The notes: generated from the sequence alone by a model not told the origin. Shown: positions 50,817-61,086, numbered from the stretch's first letter. The stretch: DNA of 64,000 bases from Planctomycetota bacterium (GCA_044225365.1 JBGAIQ010000022.1:1-64000), one strand, 5' to 3'. Made by a program: numbers and translations.

Positions 50817-53800
50817 ATGGCCTTTTTCCCGTGCTCGTTCCTGCTGTGGCTCGCGATCGGTACGTCCGGGGATCAGGCGCAGGGCGACGAGCAGTATCAG
50901 TTCCTCGTCGGCCTCTGCGACAAGCAGATGTACGAGATGGCGGCGAAGGAGGGCGACAAGTTCCTCCACGACTTCCCGGGCCATCCGAAGACCGACCTCG
51001 CGCGCTATCGCCTCGCCTCCGCGCAATTCGAGCTCGGCAAGAAGAGTGACGCCGCCGCGAACTACCGCAAGCTCGCGAACGTCGACGGATTCGAATTCGC
51101 GGCGGAGGCTGCGTTCCGCCTCGGCCAATGCGAGCTCGAGGCAAAGGACTTCGATGCGGCCATCGCCGCGCTCACCCGGGCCGAGAAGGCGATCGCGAAG
51201 GACAAGGCCAAGGACTACATCGCGGCGCCAGCGGCGTTCCTGCTCGGCGAGGCGAACTTCCAGAAGGGTGACTTCACCGCCGCCGAGGTGGCATACGCCC
51301 GCTCCTTGAAGAAGGACTCCGCCGGCGCGCACGCCAAGGACGCGCGATACGGCATCGCGTGGTGCCGATTCCGGGCGAAGGACTTCGACGGCGCGCTCGC
51401 CGCGATCGACGATTTCCTGAACAACCATGGCAACGATCCGCTCGCGGACGAGATGCGATTCCTCGCGGGTGAGTCGAACCTCGAAGCGAACCACCCGAAG
51501 GAAGCTCTCGCCGCCTACCAGAAGGTGAAGGACGGTCCCTTCACGGACGCGGCATTGCGCGGACGCGGCTTCGCGAAGGTCGCGCTCCAGGACGCCGCGG
51601 GCGCCGAACGCGATTTCGCCTCCCTGCTCGAGAAGTTCCCCGAGAGTCGCTTCGCCGTCGAAGCCGCGATCCAGTGTGCGTCATTGCGACTGAAGAAGGA
51701 CGATGCGAAGGGCGCCCTCGCCGCGGTTGCGGGAAAGGCCGCGAACGAGTCCCCCGAGGCGCTGCTCTGGCGCGCGCGGGCCCAATCGAAGCTCGGCGAC
51801 GCGAAGACCGCTCTCGCGACGGTCGAATCGGCGCTCCAGAAGAAACCGAGCAAGACGTTCGTCGAGCAGCTCCAGATCCTGCGCGGTGACCTGCTCGCGG
51901 ACCTCGGCGATACGAGCAAGGCCGGAGAGGCCTACGCCGCATCGGCCTCCGACTACGCGCTGCACGCTGCCGCGATCACCAAGCTCAATGCGAACGACGT
52001 CCAGGGCGCCGCGGCCCTCGCGAAGAGCCTGCTCGATCGCTTCCCCGACAGCACCTATCGGCCGCACGCGGAGATCGTGCTCGGCGAGGCGTCGTTCCAG
52101 GGGAAGAACTACGACGAGGCCGAACGGCATTTCGCGACCGCCTACAAGAACGGCGACGACGACGTGAAGAAGCGCGCGGCGACGCGCCTCGCGTGGTGCG
52201 CGTTCCTCGCAGGCAACTTCGACGCCGCCGCGAAGCGGTTCCAGAAGCTCGCCGACGCCAAGGACGCCGATGCTGCGACTCGCGAGGAGTCGCTCGCGAT
52301 GCTCGGCCGCGCCGAGGATCAGGGCAAGCACCCCGACCGCGCGGTCGCGGCGTGGAGTCGTTATCTCGCCGAAGCGGGTCCCGACGGGAAGCATCGCGAC
52401 GAAGTGCTGCTCGGCCTCGTCCGACTCGCGACGGGCCAGGACGCGCTCGCCGCCGCTGATGCGCTGCTCGCGGGGAAGAACGTCCCGCCGTCCGCGCTCG
52501 ACTCCGTCGTCGCACTTTCCGAGCGCCTGCGGAAGGACGGCGATGCGAAGAACGCGAACACTCTGCTCGAGCGCATCATCGCCCGCGGCAAGAACGGCGA
52601 TGTGCCGGCCTCCGCGCGTTATGCCCTTGCCTACGCTCGCTACGACGCGGGCGCGTTCGACGACGCAGCGCGCCTCGTCGAGGGTCTCGCAGGAGAGGCC
52701 AACATCGACCCGACGCTGCGAGCGGCCGCACTCGAACTCGAGGTCTACGCCCGCGTGAAACTGAATGACGGCGCAGGCGCGAGCAAACGCCTCGCGGCCC
52801 TTTCGAGCCTGACGAAGGACGGCAAGAAGCGGCTCGAACTCACGCGACTCGTCGCCGAGACGCTGAAGAAGGCGGGCGACGCCAAGGGCGCCGAAGCGCT
52901 CTACGCCGACCTCGAGAAGAGCGCGAAGAACGATCCATCGCTCGCGAAGGAGGTCGCGCCGGAGATCGCGGCGGAGCGCGCCTATCTCGCGCTCGACCGC
53001 GGCGACGTGAAGGGCGCCGTGGCAATCGTCGAGAGCGTGAATCCCGAGGTGCGGGGCGCCATCGACGACGCGGCGTTCTTCGTCGGCGAAGCCCTCTTCA
53101 CGGCAAACGACTTCCAGGGCGCGTCCAAGCTCTACGAGCGCGCGACGCACTCGAACAAACTCGCCGACAAGGCGCTCTACAAGGGCGGCTTCGCGGCGAT
53201 CAAGCGCGAGGACTTCGCGCTCGCGCAGAAACAATTCCAAAGACTCGTGACGGAGCAAAGCAAGTCGCCGCTCCTCGGCGAGTCGCTCTACCTGCTCGGC
53301 GAATCGCTCTATCGCCAGAACGAGTTCGAAGCCGCGATGGCGCCGCTCACGCGCCTGCGCAAGGAACAGCCGAAGCACGCGTCGATCGCGAAGGCGCTGT
53401 TCCGCCTCGGTCTCTGCGCCGGCAAGCTGAAGCGCTGGCCCGAAGCCCAAGATGCGCTCGACGATCTCGCGCGCCGCTTCCCCGATTTCCCGAACCTCGC
53501 CGAAGCGGAGCTGTGGCACGGCCGCGCGCTCGCGGTTGCTGGCAACGTACGCGCCGCGCGCTCCGCACTCGAACGCACGATCGCCCTCGACAAGGGTGAA
53601 CTCGCCGCCCGCGCGCGGATCGAGATCGGTCGCCTGCACTCGTCGGCCGGCGAACACGAGAAGGCGCTCGCCGAGTTCCTCAAGGTCGCGGTGCTCTTTG
53701 GTGGGGACGACGTCGTCGCCGAGAGCCTGTTCTGCGCCGGCGACAGCCTCGAAGCCCTCGGCGACAAGGCCAAGGCGCAGAAGCAGTACGAAGAACTGGT

Positions 53801-53870
53801 CGCGAAGTATCCGCGCTCCCCGTTCGCAAACGACGCCAAGCAACGCATCGAACGCATCCGCACGCTGTAA
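50817..53870 (+). CDS. Large exported tetratricopeptide repeat protein (BamD/CpoB-like repeats)
   Basis: Hydrophobic N-terminus; many A.Y.LG...F....F..A...Y......FP.S TPR units across 1017 aa. Confidence 0.9.
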   Translation: MAFFPCSFLLWLAIGTSGDQAQGDEQYQFLVGLCDKQMYEMAAKEGDKFLHDFPGHPKTDLARYRLASAQFELGKKSDAAANYRKLANVDGFEFAAEAAFRLGQCELEAKDFDAAIAALTRAEKAIAKDKAKDYIAAPAAFLLGEANFQKGDFTAAEVAYARSLKKDSAGAHAKDARYGIAWCRFRAKDFDGALAAIDDFLNNHGNDPLADEMRFLAGESNLEANHPKEALAAYQKVKDGPFTDAALRGRGFAKVALQDAAGAERDFASLLEKFPESRFAVEAAIQCASLRLKKDDAKGALAAVAGKAANESPEALLWRARAQSKLGDAKTALATVESALQKKPSKTFVEQLQILRGDLLADLGDTSKAGEAYAASASDYALHAAAITKLNANDVQGAAALAKSLLDRFPDSTYRPHAEIVLGEASFQGKNYDEAERHFATAYKNGDDDVKKRAATRLAWCAFLAGNFDAAAKRFQKLADAKDADAATREESLAMLGRAEDQGKHPDRAVAAWSRYLAEAGPDGKHRDEVLLGLVRLATGQDALAAADALLAGKNVPPSALDSVVALSERLRKDGDAKNANTLLERIIARGKNGDVPASARYALAYARYDAGAFDDAARLVEGLAGEANIDPTLRAAALELEVYARVKLNDGAGASKRLAALSSLTKDGKKRLELTRLVAETLKKAGDAKGAEALYADLEKSAKNDPSLAKEVAPEIAAERAYLALDRGDVKGAVAIVESVNPEVRGAIDDAAFFVGEALFTANDFQGASKLYERATHSNKLADKALYKGGFAAIKREDFALAQKQFQRLVTEQSKSPLLGESLYLLGESLYRQNEFEAAMAPLTRLRKEQPKHASIAKALFRLGLCAGKLKRWPEAQDALDDLARRFPDFPNLAEAELWHGRALAVAGNVRAARSALERTIALDKGELAARARIEIGRLHSSAGEHEKALAEFLKVAVLFGGDDVVAESLFCAGDSLEALGDKAKAQKQYEELVAKYPRSPFANDAKQRIERIRTL

Positions 53871-53926
53871 CCGCAGCCCGCGTCCCACTCATCGCCAACC
53901 GCATATCGCCACCCCCGGAGTCTTCC

Positions 53927-54685
53927 ATGCCCTCCATCCCCGCATCGATCGCTCTGCTCGCGGCGCAAGCGAGCCCTTCACCCTTGAAGCTCGACAACGT
54001 GTACGACTACCTCGTCGCGGGCGGCCCCGTGATGTACCCGCTCGCGCTGTGCTCGATCGTGACGCTCGCGTTCGCCGTCGAACGCTGGCTTCGGCTGCGA
54101 CGCGGCGCGATGGGCTCGCGACGATTCGGCGAGTCGGTCGTCGCGGCGTTGAAGAGCGGCGGGACGAAGCAGGCGCTCGAAGTCTGCGCGACGCGCAAGA
54201 ACGCCTTGTCGCGCGTGCTCACCGCGTCGCTCGAACGCGTCGGCGATGGCATTGCCGCGGTCGAGAAGGCCTTCGAGGACGTGGGCTCGCAGGAAGTGCG
54301 GCGCATGAACTCGAGCCTGCGGCCGTTCGGCATCATCGTGACGCTCGCCCCGCTGCTCGGACTCCTCGGCACCGTGATCGGCATCCTCCTCGCGTTCAGC
54401 AACATCGCGCTGAAGCAGGGCATGGGCAAACCGGAACTGCTCGCCGGCGGCATCGCGCACGCGCTCATCGCGACGGCCTCCGGCCTCACGATCGCGATCA
54501 GCGCGCTCGTCGTGCACTCCTGGTTCAAGGGCCGGATCGACTCGTTCCAACGCGACATGGAGGAGATCTTCCTCGATGTCGAGAAGCAGATCCGCTCGCC
54601 GGGCGCCGTGAGCACCCCCGGCAATTCGGCGCCCCCGGTCGCGGTGGCACCGGCCGTTCCGAACACGTTGGCGGTGGCGTCGTGA
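53927..54685 (+). CDS. MotA/TolQ/ExbB proton channel family protein
   Basis: GGPVMYPL...AVER, APLLGLLGTVIG, GIAHALIATASGL. Confidence 0.93.
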   Translation: MPSIPASIALLAAQASPSPLKLDNVYDYLVAGGPVMYPLALCSIVTLAFAVERWLRLRRGAMGSRRFGESVVAALKSGGTKQALEVCATRKNALSRVLTASLERVGDGIAAVEKAFEDVGSQEVRRMNSSLRPFGIIVTLAPLLGLLGTVIGILLAFSNIALKQGMGKPELLAGGIAHALIATASGLTIAISALVVHSWFKGRIDSFQRDMEEIFLDVEKQIRSPGAVSTPGNSAPPVAVAPAVPNTLAVAS

Positions 54686-55098
54686 AGATCCGCAATGGCG
54701 AAGCGGAAGAGGAACCGCAGATCAACCTCACCGCGATGATCGACACGTTCATGCTCCTGCTCATCTTCTTCATGCTCGCGACGAACTTCGCGCAGATCGA
54801 GAAGGACATGAACGTCGCATTGCCGCCCGCGGAATCGGGCGAGATATCGCAGGCGATTCCGGACGAGATCATCGTCAATCTGACGAAGGACGGACGCCTC
54901 ATGCTGCTCGGCAAGGAGGTCGACGAGGCTTCGCTCCAGACGACGCTCGCGGCCGCCGCGCAGAAGGACCCGAAGACGCCCGTCACGATCCGCGGCGACA
55001 AGGACGTGAACCACGGCCGAGTCGTCGCCGTGATGGATGCGTGCGGAGTGGCGGGCCTCACGAATCTCCAGATCGGCGTCCTCGACGAAGGCACCTGA
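54682..55098 (+). CDS. ExbD/TolR family protein
   Basis: INLTAMIDTFMLLLIFFM (TM Asp), IRGDKDV.HGRVV.VMD; GTGA overlap with the ExbB-like gene. Confidence 0.93.
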   Translation: MKIRNGEAEEEPQINLTAMIDTFMLLLIFFMLATNFAQIEKDMNVALPPAESGEISQAIPDEIIVNLTKDGRLMLLGKEVDEASLQTTLAAAAQKDPKTPVTIRGDKDVNHGRVVAVMDACGVAGLTNLQIGVLDEGT

Positions 55099-55124
55099 AG
55101 TCCATAGCGGGAACGAGAAGAGCC

Positions 55125-58100
55125 ATGGCGCAGCACCTCGGAAAGAACCTCGTGATCGCGGCGACGCTCATCGGCGCCGGTTTCGCGATCGCGTGGCTCC
55201 GGTTCCGTCCCTACCTCGGTGACTCCGCCGAGCTGACGGACGGATCGCGGCACATCGCGTCGCAGACCGATTCGCTGCGTTACGCGATCTGGGACGCGCC
55301 AACGGCGTGGCCCGAGGACGCGCAGCCGGGAAATGGCGTGGATACCGCGCCGGCCTTCTCCGACGACGGGCGCTTCGCCGTGTTCGCCGCAGGCCGGAGC
55401 GACGAGCGCCGAGATCTCTATCTCGTCGAGATCGATGGCGGGCGAATCGGATCGTCGGAACCACTCTCCAAGTTGAACTCTGCGTACGACGAGATCTCGC
55501 CCGCGATCGTCGGGGACAAGATCTACTTCGCTAGCAATCGCCCAAAGGCGCCGAGCGAGGGCAAGCCGGCGAGCGGCGCGACGAGCGACTTCGATCTCTT
55601 CGTCGCCGATTTCAAGAACGGAAACGTCTCGGATCCGCGGCCGCTCCCCGCGTCGATCAACACGAGCGCCGACGAGCGCGATCCCTGCCCGTTGGCGGAC
55701 GGCAAAGGACTCGTCTTCTCCGCGAACCCGCAGGACGGCGTCCGCCGCGATTTCGATCTCTTCCTCGCCGAGTCGACGGCCGCGACGGGCGACGCGTTCC
55801 GCGTGTCGCGGCTCTCGAGCCTCTCGTCGACCGCCGACGATCTCGAACCGCATCTCTCGCGCGACGGACGCATGCTCGTGTTCGCATCGGATCGCGAGGG
55901 CGGTGACGGGGGATTCGATCTCTATCGCAGCCTGCGCGAGAACGGCGGCTTCCGCGCCCCCGAACGCGTGACGGGTCTCTCCACCGCGGACGACGATCGC
56001 TCGCCCCACTTCGTCGACGACGGATTCACTCTCGTGTTCGAGCGCCGTACGGTCGATCCGAACTCCAAGCTCGTAGCGATCCACCTGCTGCGCGCCAAGT
56101 CGATCGAACTCTTCAAGGTTCCGGGACGACCCGTCGGCTGGATGGAGATCCTCTTCGTCGCGTCGCTCCTGCTCACCGCGCTGCTCGCCTGGCTCGCCAA
56201 GCGCTGGGATACCGTCGACGTCATCTACAAGTGCTTCCTCGTCGCGATCGTCGTCCACCTCGCTCTGTTGTGGTGGTCGCAGCGCGTGCCCGTCGAACCG
56301 AAGGACATGACGCTCGCCGAGCGTCATGAAGGTCTCTTCCAAGTGCGGGTCGCGAGCGCGATGTCGCGTGCGAACGCCAGCGCCGAACGTGGCGGCAAAC
56401 TCGACGTCGCACGCCCCGCGTCGGGCGGCAAGGAACTCGCGGCGGCGCATCCCGATCGGGCGGCGAACGTCACGACGGGCGACGGCGCGATGCCCGCGGC
56501 CGCGCCGGGATCGATCGCCCTCACGCGCGGGACGAATGGCGCGGAGACCGTCGCACCGAATCGCGGCGACTCGGGCGCGAGCGGACGGGCGAAGGCCGCG
56601 CCCGGCACGCCGAGCGTCGCACTCTCGGATCGCGGGCCCGAACTGCCGAAGAACACGCAGGTCGCGCCCGGCCTCGAAGTCGGCGGTCCGGCGACGACGA
56701 ACGCGGCGCGTCCCGCATCGTCGCTCGCCGCCGCTGCTGGCCCGACGCACGTCGAAAGTGCACCACGAGCCGCGGCGGAGAGCGCGGGCGGCGCCGGCGG
56801 AACCGGCGGTGCAGGCCCCGCGGCGCTCGCGCTCGGGCGCGGCGCCCGCAACGACGCGGCGGCGGCACCGTCGCCCGGCGCATCGCTCACCGGCGATCTC
56901 GGGTTCGGCGGCAATTCCGGCGGTCGCACGGTCGATGTCGCGCTCGCCGATGGCGAGACGTTCGCGCCGGCGAGTTCGACGGGATCGTCGAAGGATCTCT
57001 CGATCGGCGATCTGAATCCGGCGGCGTTCTCGCGGGATGAAATCGCCGCGGGAGGGTCGGAAGGAGGCGCGAACGGATCCGCGGGATCCTCGGGATCGGG
57101 CGGTCCGACGCGCGCGAGCATCGCGTCGAAAGGCGCCTCCGACACGGGCGCGAGCGGCCTCGAAGGCGCGCCGCAGCTCGCACCCGTTGCCTTGAAGGGC
57201 GGAACGGGCGGCACGGACACGGGCGCGCCTGGCCGCGAGACCGTCGCATTCGAACGGGTCGGGAAGCCGGGGACGGAGACAGGCACGGACGGCGGCTTCG
57301 CCATCGCGGCGCCCCAGGACGCGTCGCGGCCCGCCATGGTGAGTGGACCGCCGATCGGCGACTCGCTCGCACTCGATCCTGTGGCGTTCGACGGCGCGGG
57401 GCGCGGCAACGACAGCGGTGGGAGTTCGGGGAACTCCGGGCCGTCCCGCTACCAACTCGGCGCCGCCGCCGATCTCGCGCCCTCCTCCTCGGGCAGCGGT
57501 CCCGCTCCGCTCGAGTTCGCGCGGGCCGAGGCCAAGATCGACGCCACGCCGTCGGCCGGCGACTCCGCGTTCGAGCACACGCCGTATCGCTCGCGCTTCG
57601 GGCTCGAGAAGGAACTCGCGCTCAAGACGAACGGCGGCAGCGCGGAGACCGAGCGCGCGGTCGCTCAGGGCCTCGCCTATCTCGCATCGCAGCAGACCGA
57701 TGACGGCTGCTTCGGCGATGCGCAGAAGTACGACGAGAAGTACGGCTACGTCGTGGTCGGCAAGACCGGGCTCTGCCTGCTCGCGTTCCTCGGTGCCGGC
57801 CACACGCCGACGTCCAACACGCAGTATTCCCAGGTGGCCGCGAAGGCGGTCGCATTCATCGAGGGCGTGCAGACCGAGAGCGGGCACTTCGGGTGGACGT
57901 CGGCCTACAGCCACGGCATCGGCACCTATGCCCTCGCGGAGTGCTACGCGCTGACGAAGGACGAGTCGATTCGCCCGACGCTCGAACGCGCGGTGAAGCA
58001 CATCCTCGACAATCAGGCGAAGGGGAACGACCCGCGGAACTCCGGCGGCTGGGGTTACTTCAACCCCGAGGGCCCCCACTACGATCGATGGTCGCGCGTC

Positions 58101-58685
58101 TCCGTGAGCGCGTGGCAGGTGATGGCGCTCGAGTCGGCGCGGCTTTCCGGCATCGAGGTGCCCGATCGGGCATTCGACCGCGCGAAGGTGTTCCTCGAGA
58201 GCGCGTATGACGGCCAGTACGGTTACTTCCGGTACAACCACGATCCCGATCGATTGAACGAAGGGTATCGCACATTGCCCGGATCGACGCCGGCGGCCTT
58301 GTTCGCGCTCGCGCTGCTGGGCGACGACATCACCTCGAGCGATTACGACGCGCCGCGCAAGTTCGTGCTCGACCGCGTGCCGAAGGAATACCGTTGGCGG
58401 GGCGAGGACGCGTTCGTCGAGCAAGCGACCGGCAACCTCTACTTCTGGTACTACGGCACCCTCTCGATGTTCCGCGCGGGCGGTACCAACTGGAGCCGCT
58501 GGAACGAAGGCATGAAGAAGGTGCTTCTCGGCGCGCAAGCGAAGGACGGCTCCTGGAAGCCGATCGACAGTTACGCCGATCATGCGGGCGATTCACCGAC
58601 GAGCCGCTGCTACACCACGGCGATGTGCACCCTGACCCTCGAGGTGTACTACCGGTACTTCACGCCGCTCCTGAAAGTGCGCTGA
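55125..58685 (+). CDS. Multidomain membrane protein: PD40 (TolB-like) propeller + TM hairpin + G/A/S/P-rich linker + prenyltransferase/squalene-cyclase-like QW-repeat barrel
   Basis: PD40 units (PAFSDDGR, PHLSRDGRMLVFASDREGG); TM VAIVVHLALL; low-complexity linker; QQTDDGCF, QTESGHF, Q...GGWGY and QAKDGSW motifs. Confidence 0.85.
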   Translation: MAQHLGKNLVIAATLIGAGFAIAWLRFRPYLGDSAELTDGSRHIASQTDSLRYAIWDAPTAWPEDAQPGNGVDTAPAFSDDGRFAVFAAGRSDERRDLYLVEIDGGRIGSSEPLSKLNSAYDEISPAIVGDKIYFASNRPKAPSEGKPASGATSDFDLFVADFKNGNVSDPRPLPASINTSADERDPCPLADGKGLVFSANPQDGVRRDFDLFLAESTAATGDAFRVSRLSSLSSTADDLEPHLSRDGRMLVFASDREGGDGGFDLYRSLRENGGFRAPERVTGLSTADDDRSPHFVDDGFTLVFERRTVDPNSKLVAIHLLRAKSIELFKVPGRPVGWMEILFVASLLLTALLAWLAKRWDTVDVIYKCFLVAIVVHLALLWWSQRVPVEPKDMTLAERHEGLFQVRVASAMSRANASAERGGKLDVARPASGGKELAAAHPDRAANVTTGDGAMPAAAPGSIALTRGTNGAETVAPNRGDSGASGRAKAAPGTPSVALSDRGPELPKNTQVAPGLEVGGPATTNAARPASSLAAAAGPTHVESAPRAAAESAGGAGGTGGAGPAALALGRGARNDAAAAPSPGASLTGDLGFGGNSGGRTVDVALADGETFAPASSTGSSKDLSIGDLNPAAFSRDEIAAGGSEGGANGSAGSSGSGGPTRASIASKGASDTGASGLEGAPQLAPVALKGGTGGTDTGAPGRETVAFERVGKPGTETGTDGGFAIAAPQDASRPAMVSGPPIGDSLALDPVAFDGAGRGNDSGGSSGNSGPSRYQLGAAADLAPSSSGSGPAPLEFARAEAKIDATPSAGDSAFEHTPYRSRFGLEKELALKTNGGSAETERAVAQGLAYLASQQTDDGCFGDAQKYDEKYGYVVVGKTGLCLLAFLGAGHTPTSNTQYSQVAAKAVAFIEGVQTESGHFGWTSAYSHGIGTYALAECYALTKDESIRPTLERAVKHILDNQAKGNDPRNSGGWGYFNPEGPHYDRWSRVSVSAWQVMALESARLSGIEVPDRAFDRAKVFLESAYDGQYGYFRYNHDPDRLNEGYRTLPGSTPAALFALALLGDDITSSDYDAPRKFVLDRVPKEYRWRGEDAFVEQATGNLYFWYYGTLSMFRAGGTNWSRWNEGMKKVLLGAQAKDGSWKPIDSYADHAGDSPTSRCYTTAMCTLTLEVYYRYFTPLLKVR

Positions 58686-58860
58686 CGGCGGCGGCGGCTG
58701 CGATCCGTATCCGCCGGGCGCGGCGGCGGCGGCTGCGATCCGTATCCGCCGGGCGTGGCGGCGGCGGCTGCGATCCGTATCCGCCGGGCGTGGCGGCGGT
58801 GGCTGCGATCCGTATCCGCCGGGCGCGGCGGCGGCGGCTGCGATCCGTGACCGCCGGGCG
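58686..58860. repeat. Tandem array, 5 x 35 bp, hairpin-containing (REP-like)
   Basis: Unit YGGCGGCGGCGGCTGCGATCCGTATCCGCCGGGCG at 58686, 58721, 58756, 58791 and 58826; begins immediately after a stop codon. Confidence 0.93.
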
Positions 58861-58876
58861 CGTAGGATGCGCGGCG

Positions 58877-60892
58877 ATGCCTTTCGTCGCCCTACCGATC
58901 GCGCTCTCGGCGTTCCTGCTGTTCGTCGTTCAACCGATGGTGGCGCGGACGATCCTCACGGCATTCGGCGGTTCGCAGAGCGTTTGGACGGCGTGCCTCC
59001 TGTTCTTCCAAGCGGTGCTGCTCGCAGGCTACGCCTTCGCGCATGGGCTCGCGCGACTGCCACGAAGTGCGCGGCGGGCGATCCATGGCGGATTGCTGGC
59101 GCTCGCCGTGCTGTCCGTGATGTTCGATCCCGCGACGAACTTCCATGGTGAGGTACCACCGCTCGTAGGCGTCCTCGCCCTGCTCACCACGAACGTCGGC
59201 CTACCGTTCTTCGCGCTCGCGGTGACTTCGCCGCTCCTCCAGAAGATCACGAGCGAACGCCATCGCAACGGGGATCCATATCGATTCACGGCACTCTCGA
59301 ATGCAGCGTCGCTCGCGGGCCTGCTCAGCTACCCGTTCCTCGTCGAGCCGTGGGTTGGTTTGCGAGTCCAGCGAACCGCATGGGCGATCGGATTCAGCGG
59401 ATTCGCCATCGCGATGTTCGTCGCCCTTGGTGGCTCCTCGCCGGTTCGCGTCGAATCACTCGATGCGCCGTCAGCAAGAGAACGACCGCCTGCGGTCTTC
59501 CGCTGGATGATGCTCGCCGCGGGACCATCGTTGTTGCTCGCCGCCGCAACCTTCGAGATCACCCGCGAAGTCGCGACGGTGCCGCTGCTGTGGACAGTGC
59601 CGCTCGCCCTCTACCTCGCTTCGTTCATCGTTGCCTTCGAATCGAAGCGGCTGCGTTCGCGCCCCCTCGAATTCGCGCTGCTCGTCGTCGCCGTCCTCGC
59701 ATTCGCCTACCTTCGCTCAGCGCGCCCCACGCCGCCTCTCTTTGCGCAGCTCGCGATCGTATCGCTCGTGCTCTTCCTGCCCGCGCTCGCGAGCCACGTC
59801 GAACTCGCACGACTCGCGCCCGACGCGCGCCACCTCACTCGATTCCACCTCGCGATCGCCGCAGGCGGCGTGATCGGTGCGGGGTTCGCCGCGATCGTCG
59901 CACCGCTTGCGTTCGATCAACCGCGCGAACTCGCGATCGCCGTCGCGAGCATTGCCGTGGCCCTGACGTGGTCGGCGAGGGTGGATGGAGAGTCACGCGT
60001 CGCTCCGATCGCCTGCGGCTGCCTCGCCGTGATTGTCGTCATCGCGGCGGAGTCGATAACCGACTCGCGCAACGTGGTCTTTGTCGCGCGCGACTTCTAC
60101 GGCATCCACCGCATCTTCCACGAACGCCTCGGCGATCGTTCGATCGACATCCTGTGCAACGGGCGTACGGTGCACGGCGCGCAGCTCCGCGACGCGAGCG
60201 GCGCGCGCGAACTCACTCTCACGACCTACTACAGCGAGGGGAGCGGTTCGGAACTCGCGATTCGGATCGAGCGCGAGCGCCTGAAGCGTCCATTGCGCAT
60301 CGGGGCCGTCGGCCTCGGAGTCGGCACGATCGCGGCGTGCGCGCGCACGGGCGACACGATCCGCTTCTATGAGCTCGACCCCGGACTCGAAGCCATCGTT
60401 CGCGAGCGATTCACGTTCCTCGCCGATTCCAAGGCAGCGATCGAAGTCGTCCGCGGCGATGCCCGCGTTTCTCTCGAGCGAGAATTGCGATCGAGCGGCC
60501 CTCGAGCATTCGACGTGCTCGTCCTCGATGCATTCGCGAGCGACGCCGTCCCGCTCCATCTCCTCACGAGCGAGGCCTTCGCGCTCTATCGCCGACACCT
60601 TCGCGAGGACGGTGTGATCGCGATCCACGTCACGAATCGTTCGCTCGATCTCACGAGCCTCGCGCGCGCGCAGGCCAGCGCACAGCGACTCGAGTCGCGC
60701 GTCGTCGTCTCGCGGCCGGACAAGGCCGAGCCCTGGCGATACGACAGCTCCTGGGTCGAGATCTTCGCGAGGGCGGAAACGGCGACGAGCCCGGAATGGA
60801 AAGCCGCCACGGAAGACGCTCCCATCGTCCCCCGCCCGCCCTTCACGGACGACTTCTGCAGTTTGTTCTCGCTCCTGCGCCCTTCCCATTGA
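58877..60892 (+). CDS. Membrane-fused spermidine synthase-like SAM-binding protein
   Basis: SAFLLFVVQPMVAR TM domain; GRTVHGAQ, GLGVGT, YELDP, GDAR, LDAFASDAVPLHLLT, HVTNR. Confidence 0.88.
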   Translation: MPFVALPIALSAFLLFVVQPMVARTILTAFGGSQSVWTACLLFFQAVLLAGYAFAHGLARLPRSARRAIHGGLLALAVLSVMFDPATNFHGEVPPLVGVLALLTTNVGLPFFALAVTSPLLQKITSERHRNGDPYRFTALSNAASLAGLLSYPFLVEPWVGLRVQRTAWAIGFSGFAIAMFVALGGSSPVRVESLDAPSARERPPAVFRWMMLAAGPSLLLAAATFEITREVATVPLLWTVPLALYLASFIVAFESKRLRSRPLEFALLVVAVLAFAYLRSARPTPPLFAQLAIVSLVLFLPALASHVELARLAPDARHLTRFHLAIAAGGVIGAGFAAIVAPLAFDQPRELAIAVASIAVALTWSARVDGESRVAPIACGCLAVIVVIAAESITDSRNVVFVARDFYGIHRIFHERLGDRSIDILCNGRTVHGAQLRDASGARELTLTTYYSEGSGSELAIRIERERLKRPLRIGAVGLGVGTIAACARTGDTIRFYELDPGLEAIVRERFTFLADSKAAIEVVRGDARVSLERELRSSGPRAFDVLVLDAFASDAVPLHLLTSEAFALYRRHLREDGVIAIHVTNRSLDLTSLARAQASAQRLESRVVVSRPDKAEPWRYDSSWVEIFARAETATSPEWKAATEDAPIVPRPPFTDDFCSLFSLLRPSH

Positions 60893-61023
60893 TCTGCCGC
60901 AAGCTGCTCACTCGCAGTGAATTGGAACGACTCACCGAACCATCGAGGCCGGCGCGACCCTTGTCTCGCGACGAGCGGCCTGCGACGATGTCCTCTTCGC
61001 CGCGGCTTCCAATTCCGGTCGCA

Positions 61024-61049
61024 GGAACCTTTCGGCCACGGCGCGCGTT
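61024..61049 (+). promoter_or_regulatory. Putative ECF sigma promoter GGAAC-N17-CGTT (autoregulatory)
   Basis: GGAAC 61024-61028 and CGTT 61046-61049, 37 bp upstream of the sigma ATG. Confidence 0.6.
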
Positions 61050-61086
61050 CCCGACTCCGACGAACGGACCTTTCGCCGATGACCGA

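Noticed and set aside
54525-58583. 1352-aa - strand ORF
   Set aside because: Antisense shadow of exbD and the PD40/QW gene; no recognisable domains.
57590-58685. Squalene-hopene cyclase (shc)
   Set aside because: Single barrel, no DxDD motif and a predicted periplasmic position.
58394-58876. N-terminal extension of the spermidine synthase-like ORF
   Set aside because: It runs through the upstream gene and the 35-bp array; the family-like sequence starts at ATG 58877.
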